Assembly (NCBI GenBank): GCA_963666275.2
Contig: CAXXOA010000001.1
Span: 1,856,001 to 1,920,000, forward strand
DNA from: Oceanispirochaeta sp.
Lineage (GTDB): Bacteria > Spirochaetota > Spirochaetia > DSM-2461
Direction: 5' to 3'
Length of the DNA: 64,000 nucleotides
This document shows positions 58,968-64,000 of the stretch, piece by piece (within the stretch, counting starts at the first letter, position 1; every line of letters begins with the position of its first letter). The notes under the pieces were generated by a model. The model was not told the origin of the DNA and did not search any database. It was given only the letters and a program-made list of their open reading frames with translations. Position numbers and translations under genes: made by a program.

Positions 58968-60224
58968 ATGAAAATTTTAGTGACAGGAAGCGGTGGTCGG
59001 GAACACGCAATAATTCAGGCACTGCAGAAAAACAGCAAAGTAGAGAAAATCTTCTGCGCCCCCGGCAACGGTGGAACCGCAAAAGAGGAAAAATGTGAAA
59101 ATGTTGCCATTACAGATATAAGAGAACTTGCTGATTTTGCAGAAAAGAATGGTGTAAGTCTGGCAGTTCCAGGTTCTGAAGATCTTCTTGTAGCGGGAAT
59201 CGCCGATCTTCTCATTGAGAAAGGAATTTCTGTATTGGGCCCTCATAAAAAAGCAGCTCTTCTGGAAGGCAGCAAATGTTTTGCCAAAGATTTCATGGAA
59301 AAATATGGGATCAAAACAGCTTCCTACAGGAATTTCACCTCCTATGAAGAAGCGGACGCCTGGCTGGAAACCTGTCCCTATCCCACAGTTATAAAAGCCG
59401 ACGGACTGGCGGCTGGTAAGGGAGTCCTTATCTGTGCGGATAAAAATGAAGCCCGGGAAGGTCTGAGATCACTGATGCTCACAAGAGAATTCGGTGAAGC
59501 CGGTTCTCAGGTTGTCATTGAAGAGTATCTGGAAGGAGTAGAGGCATCAATCCTGTCTTTCTATGACGGAAAAACCATCCTCCCCATGGTATCAGCCAAG
59601 GATCACAAAAAAATCCGGGAAAATGAAACCGGTCCAAATACGGGCGGTATGGGAGTTGTTTCTCCCAATCCTCATATGACAGCTGAAATCATGAAAGATT
59701 TTGAACAGGGAATTATGGAATCGACCCGCCGGGGACTGGAGCAGGAACATCTTGAGTTTTCCGGTGTCATTTTTTTCGGACTTATGATAACGGAAAAAGG
59801 GATTTACCTTCTGGAATACAACCTGAGAATGGGCGATCCGGAAACTCAGGCTGTATTGAATCTGCTTGATACGGATCTGCTGGAACTGATAGAGGCAGCC
59901 GTAGGCGGAGCCCTGGCCGATGTGAAAATGCAATGGAAGCAGGGAGCGGCCTGCTGCGTGGTTCTGGCATCTGGAGGCTACCCCGGTTCGTATGAAAAAG
60001 GATATCCAATCAGGGGCATAGAAGATGCGGACTGTTCAGTTTATATTGCCGGGGCCGTAAAGAAAGGCGAAGATCTTGTTACAGCCGGCGGCCGTGTTCT
60101 CAATGTGGTAGCAGTGGGTGATGATCTTCTTTCTGCCAGGAAAAAAGCCTATGCAAATATTGAGCGCATAGAATTTAAGGATAAGGTATTCAGAAAGGAT
60201 ATCGGCGGACCGGTTCTTACCTGA
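58968..60224 (+). CDS. purD: Phosphoribosylamine-glycine ligase
   Basis: GSGGREHA, KADGLAAGKGV, GPNTGGMG, GDPETQ, GGRV motifs. Confidence 0.97.
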   Translation: MKILVTGSGGREHAIIQALQKNSKVEKIFCAPGNGGTAKEEKCENVAITDIRELADFAEKNGVSLAVPGSEDLLVAGIADLLIEKGISVLGPHKKAALLEGSKCFAKDFMEKYGIKTASYRNFTSYEEADAWLETCPYPTVIKADGLAAGKGVLICADKNEAREGLRSLMLTREFGEAGSQVVIEEYLEGVEASILSFYDGKTILPMVSAKDHKKIRENETGPNTGGMGVVSPNPHMTAEIMKDFEQGIMESTRRGLEQEHLEFSGVIFFGLMITEKGIYLLEYNLRMGDPETQAVLNLLDTDLLELIEAAVGGALADVKMQWKQGAACCVVLASGGYPGSYEKGYPIRGIEDADCSVYIAGAVKKGEDLVTAGGRVLNVVAVGDDLLSARKKAYANIERIEFKDKVFRKDIGGPVLT

Positions 60225-60251
60225 GCTTAGTCCCATTAGCCGCGCATCACG

Positions 60252-60300
60252 CACTCTTTTCCCTGAAATCTCAATTTCAGGGAAAAGAGTGTTGTTTTTT
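60252..60300 (+). terminator. pur operon terminator (18-bp perfect stem)
   Basis: CACTCTTTTCCCTGAAAT-CTCA-ATTTCAGGGAAAAGAGTG followed by TTGTTTTTT. Confidence 0.8.
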
Positions 60301-60681
60301 ATAATGATTGTTATTTTCAGAAGAAATGATTTTACACTGATCATAAAAACTGAAACTCCCCCGGGGTGCCCTTTCGGCAAATAATGATCAAAGGCTTTCA
60401 AAACAACATATTTGTAAGAAATGAAGAAAAATGAATAGAAATGGTAGGAAAAAATAAAAATCCCGAAAAGGATTCTCTGTTAATAATCCTGAATAGCAGG
60501 AACTTTTATGATTTTTTTTCTTTATTTTTCAGAAAAACACCTGATCTCAGTACTCATATACTTAATTTTTAACCATATTTTTACTAATTGTGCATTTTTT
60601 CAACAAATCAAGCTCTATTAACGCTTTTATTTTTGTAGTTTTTTACGAAAACATGCTAAAATAATAGACAAAAAATCAACA

Positions 60682-60710
60682 TTGACAATTTACTTGTTTA
60701 ACCCTATAAA
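60682..60710 (+). promoter_or_regulatory. sigma70-like promoter of the liv operon
   Basis: TTGACA-17-TATAAA. Confidence 0.7.
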
Positions 60711-60765
60711 AAACTAAAACCTGAATCCAAAATGGTTCTAAAAAACTTAATCACAAGGAGAAAGT

Positions 60766-61884
60766 ATGAAAAAGTTTTTAGTTGTTCTTCTGATGACTTC
60801 TGTACTTATGGGTGCTCTGGTATCCTGTAAGAAAGAAAGCGAAGCAATTAAAATTGGTGTTGCAGGGGCTCACTCAGGTGACCTTGCCTCTTATGGTCTT
60901 CCTTCCGTTAAAGCGGCAGAACTTGTTGTTGAAATGTATAATTCCAACGGAGGAGTTCTCGGCAGACAGATCGAACTTGTAGTCGAAGATGATGTTTGTA
61001 AGCCTGAAGTTGCTACAAACACAGCATCCAAACTGGTAGGTGATGGTGTCGTTGCTGTAATCGGACATATCTGTTCCGGTGCAACAAAAGCAGCCCTCGG
61101 TATTTATAAAGATGAAAATATCGTTACCATTTCTCCCTCAGCAACCAACCCCCCTCTGACAAAGAGCGGAGACTATCCTAACTTCTTCCGTACTATTGCT
61201 CCGGATGATGCTCAGGCTGAAGTTGATGTAAACTTTGCTGTTGATGAACTGGGACTTTCAAAAATCGCCATTCTTCACGACAAAGGTGACTACGGTAAAG
61301 GATTTGCGGAATTCTGCCAGGCTATGCTTGAAACCAAAGGCGGAGTTGAAATTGTTATGTTTGAAGGAATTCAGGTCGGTGCTGTAGACTATTCCGCCAT
61401 CATCAACAAAATTGACGCTTCAGGTGCTGATGGCATTATTTTCGGTGGATACCATCCTGAAGCTTCCAAGCTTGTCAGCCAGATGAAAAAGAAGAACATG
61501 GAAATCCCCTTCATCTCCGATGATGGTGTAAAAGATGATACTTTTATCAAAGTGGCAGGAGAATTCGCCGAAGGTGTATATGCTTCCGGTCCTGTTGATA
61601 CCTCATCCAATCCCATGGCCATCAAGGCAGTTGAAGATCATAAAGCTAAATACGGTGAAGATCCCGGTGCTTTCTTCCTGAATGCCTATGCGGCAACTGT
61701 TGCTGTTCTCAATGCTATCGAGAAAGCCGGTTCTACAGAATATGATGATATTACTGCTGCTCTGAGAAGTGAATATGTAGAAACTCCCCTTGGTAAAATC
61801 AGCTTTGATAAAGCTGGTGATGCTATCGGTGTAGGTTTTGCTGTATATCAGGTACAGAACGGCGCTTATGTTGAGCTGAAATAA
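60766..61884 (+). CDS. livK: Branched-chain amino-acid ABC substrate-binding lipoprotein
   Basis: Lipobox LVSC, EDDVCKP, GHICSGAT, FFRT, HDKGDYGKG, GGYHPE motifs. Confidence 0.92.
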   Translation: MKKFLVVLLMTSVLMGALVSCKKESEAIKIGVAGAHSGDLASYGLPSVKAAELVVEMYNSNGGVLGRQIELVVEDDVCKPEVATNTASKLVGDGVVAVIGHICSGATKAALGIYKDENIVTISPSATNPPLTKSGDYPNFFRTIAPDDAQAEVDVNFAVDELGLSKIAILHDKGDYGKGFAEFCQAMLETKGGVEIVMFEGIQVGAVDYSAIINKIDASGADGIIFGGYHPEASKLVSQMKKKNMEIPFISDDGVKDDTFIKVAGEFAEGVYASGPVDTSSNPMAIKAVEDHKAKYGEDPGAFFLNAYAATVAVLNAIEKAGSTEYDDITAALRSEYVETPLGKISFDKAGDAIGVGFAVYQVQNGAYVELK

Positions 61885-61899
61885 CAGCATAAGTATTTA

Positions 61900-61932
61900 A
61901 CAAAAGCAGAAGCTGAGTGCTTCTGCTTTTGT
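61900..61932 (+). terminator. Intergenic stem-loop after livK (terminator or mRNA-stabilising hairpin)
   Basis: ACAAAAGCAGAAGC-5-GCTTCTGCTTTTGT. Confidence 0.7.
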
Positions 61933-61975
61933 CGTTTAGTTCTGGTATTTAAAAACAAGGAGCTTTATAAAGATT

Positions 61976-62884
61976 ATGAATCTCGAATATTTTTTTACGC
62001 TATTTCTCAGTGGAATGACCCGGGGAAGTATTTATGCCCTGATCGCACTGGGATATACCATGGTTTACGGTATTATCAAACTGATAAACTTCGCCCATGG
62101 TGAAATTTACATGATAGGAGCTTTTACAGCCCTGATCATCGGGGGAGCTCTAACCCTCACCGGTATGAACCCGGTTATAATTTTTATTATCGCAGTTATT
62201 GCTGCGGTTGTTTACTCTGCAGCCTATGGTTTAACAATTGAAAAGATAGCCTATAAACCTCTGAGAAATGCGCCCAGGCTTTCCGCACTGATCAGTGCTA
62301 TCGGTGTATCTATTTTTCTGCAGAACTACGTTTTACTGGCGCAAACTTCAGATTTTCTTCCCTTTCCCAACTTACTGCCTGAATTTGCATTTTTGAAACC
62401 TATTGAAAATTTTATGTCTACCACACAGTTCCTGATTTTATTCAGTACCGCTGTTGTAATGATACTTTTAACTATATTGATCAAATTTACCAAAATGGGA
62501 AAAGCCATGAGAGCGACGTCCCAGGATAAAGATATGGCTCAGCTTGTGGGTATCAATGTTGACAGGGTCATCTCACTTACCTTCATAATCGGTTCCGGTA
62601 CAGCCGCTCTCGGTGGTGTACTGATTACCTCCCATATTGGACAGATCAACTTTTATATTGGTTTTATTGCAGGTATTAAAGCATTTGTTGCGGCGGTTCT
62701 TGGTGGAATCGGCAGTGTTCCGGGTGCCGTTCTGGGAAGTTTCGTTCTCGGACTGACTGAAAGTTTCGGTACCGGTTATATCTCCAGTGACTATGAAGAT
62801 GCCTTTGCCTTTATTATTCTGATTCTTATCCTTATTTTCAAACCTGCCGGACTTCTTGGCAGAAAAGAAAATGAGAAAGTCTGA
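61976..62884 (+). CDS. livH: Branched-chain amino-acid ABC permease
   Basis: GSIYALIALGYTMVYGIIKLINFAHGE, KAFVAAVLGGIGS motifs. Confidence 0.95.
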   Translation: MNLEYFFTLFLSGMTRGSIYALIALGYTMVYGIIKLINFAHGEIYMIGAFTALIIGGALTLTGMNPVIIFIIAVIAAVVYSAAYGLTIEKIAYKPLRNAPRLSALISAIGVSIFLQNYVLLAQTSDFLPFPNLLPEFAFLKPIENFMSTTQFLILFSTAVVMILLTILIKFTKMGKAMRATSQDKDMAQLVGINVDRVISLTFIIGSGTAALGGVLITSHIGQINFYIGFIAGIKAFVAAVLGGIGSVPGAVLGSFVLGLTESFGTGYISSDYEDAFAFIILILILIFKPAGLLGRKENEKV

Positions 62885-62905
62885 TTCATAAAAGAGAGTG
62901 TGATT

Positions 62906-64000
62906 GTGTTTAGTTTTGAAAAAATAAAAAAATCGCTGATTACGGCTCTATGGTTCATTTTCCTGACATTTCCCTTACTTGTCATGAAAGTGAATACAAT
63001 TGAGAATACCGTTGTATGGCGATGGAAAAATATACTTTTTATCGGTGTTTTTGCCTTTGTAATGTCCTTATTCTGGGATGAACTTCTGGCAAAAAGGAAC
63101 GCTGCAGAAGCCTCAAAGGAAAAGAGCTCCCTTGCGAAAAAGATTTCGGAAATAATGGAGGACAAAAAGTATAAGTACTCCTCTCTGGGTGTCCTTCTGC
63201 TTATTGTGGTTCTCTTTCCTTTTATCATGTCCATGTACCAGACCAATATTATAATTACAGCATTAATGTATGTGGTCCTGGGTCTCGGACTGAATATTGT
63301 AGTCGGTTTCGGAGGGCTCCTCCACCTGGGCTACGCAGCTTTCTATGCAGTCGGTGCCTATACCTATGGACTTCTGTATTATCACTTCGGTCTGAATTTC
63401 TGGATATGTATTCCCATAGGTGCTCTCCTGAGTGCTCTGTTCGGCATACTTCTGGGTATACCCGTACTGAGACTGAGAGGAGACTATCTGGCTATCGTCA
63501 CCCTGGCGTTCGGCGAAATTGTCCGTCTTGTTCTTGAAAACTGGAACGATTTTTCTTTCGGACCAAGCGGTATAGCCAATATTCCCAGACCCCTGCTTTT
63601 CGGACATAAACTCCGCCTTGCCGAGGTAACGACTTTTACCTACTTCATTACCATTGCCCTTACCATCCTGACAATCCTGATCATCAGGCGCATCGAAAGC
63701 TCAAAAATCGGTAGAGCCTGGGAAGCCATGAGAGAAGATGAAATTGCCTGCCAGGCCATGGGTATCGATATAATGAAAACCAAACTGGCCGCTTTCTCCA
63801 TGGGAGCCATCTGGGCGGGAATCATGGGTGTACTGTTTGCAGCGAAAACTACGTTTATCAATCCTGCCAGTTTTACAACCTGGGAATCCATTGTTATTCT
63901 CTGTGTTGTTGTTATCGGTGGTATGGGGTCTATACCGGGTGTTATTGCAGGTGCTCTGATTTTTATTCTGACTCCGGAATATCTGAGAGCGTTCTCCGAA
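62906..64000 (+). CDS. livM: Branched-chain amino-acid ABC permease (partial; runs off the right edge)
   Basis: Not in the ORF track. Manual translation from GTG 62906 gives GLNIVVGFGGLLHLGYAAFYAVGAY, LRLRGDYLAIVTLAFGEI, GRAWEAMREDE. Confidence 0.93.
   Translation, partial: MFSFEKIKKSLITALWFIFLTFPLLVMKVNTIENTVVWRWKNILFIGVFAFVMSLFWDELLAKRNAAEASKEKSSLAKKISEIMEDKKYKYSSLGVLLLIVVLFPFIMSMYQTNIIITALMYVVLGLGLNIVVGFGGLLHLGYAAFYAVGAYTYGLLYYHFGLNFWICIPIGALLSALFGILLGIPVLRLRGDYLAIVTLAFGEIVRLVLENWNDFSFGPSGIANIPRPLLFGHKLRLAEVTTFTYFITIALTILTILIIRRIESSKIGRAWEAMREDEIACQAMGIDIMKTKLAAFSMGAIWAGIMGVLFAAKTTFINPASFTTWESIVILCVVVIGGMGSIPGVIAGALIFILTPEYLRAFSE

Noticed and set aside
60252..60400. 18-bp perfect palindrome and the GC-rich patch after purD as a MITE/REP or c-di-GMP riboswitch
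   Set aside because: Single copy in the window with a T-tail, explained as a terminator; the patch lacks the GEMM two-hairpin consensus.
1..64000. CRISPR array, rRNA, prophage or anti-phage defence system
   Set aside because: No regularly spaced repeats, rRNA signatures, phage genes or recognisable defence domains were seen.

Overview
This is a 64-kb, mostly housekeeping stretch of a bacterial chromosome. It most likely comes from a free-living spirochaete (Spirochaetaceae-like), inferred from the spirochaete-type CheY with an N-terminal extension, the tandem cNMP/Crp pair and several spirochaete-style hypothetical proteins. It holds about 55 CDSs, including dapL, folC, a hisD homologue, serC, nadA, proB, hppA, an mla-like MCE operon, purLEFMNHD and livKHM. 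It also holds tRNA-Thr(CGT) and an IS1182-family element whose transposase is interrupted by a complete IS66 element (8-bp target duplication). The strongest candidate for an under-described system is the anaerobic ribonucleotide reductase operon, nrdR-nrdD(large)-nrdD(small)-nrdG. NrdD is split just after its zinc site. The glycyl-radical loop is encoded on a separate ~170-aa protein with its own RBS, fused to a CPNC redoxin domain, and both halves carry complementary coiled-coil heptads at the break. Other notable signals are a recurrent leaderless promoter architecture at about 8 genes, a HisD with altered metal and substrate ligands, a small CxxC/CxxC basic protein with strong expression signals, and self-insulating hairpins at the IS ends. 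All family calls come from motif recognition by eye; no searches were run.
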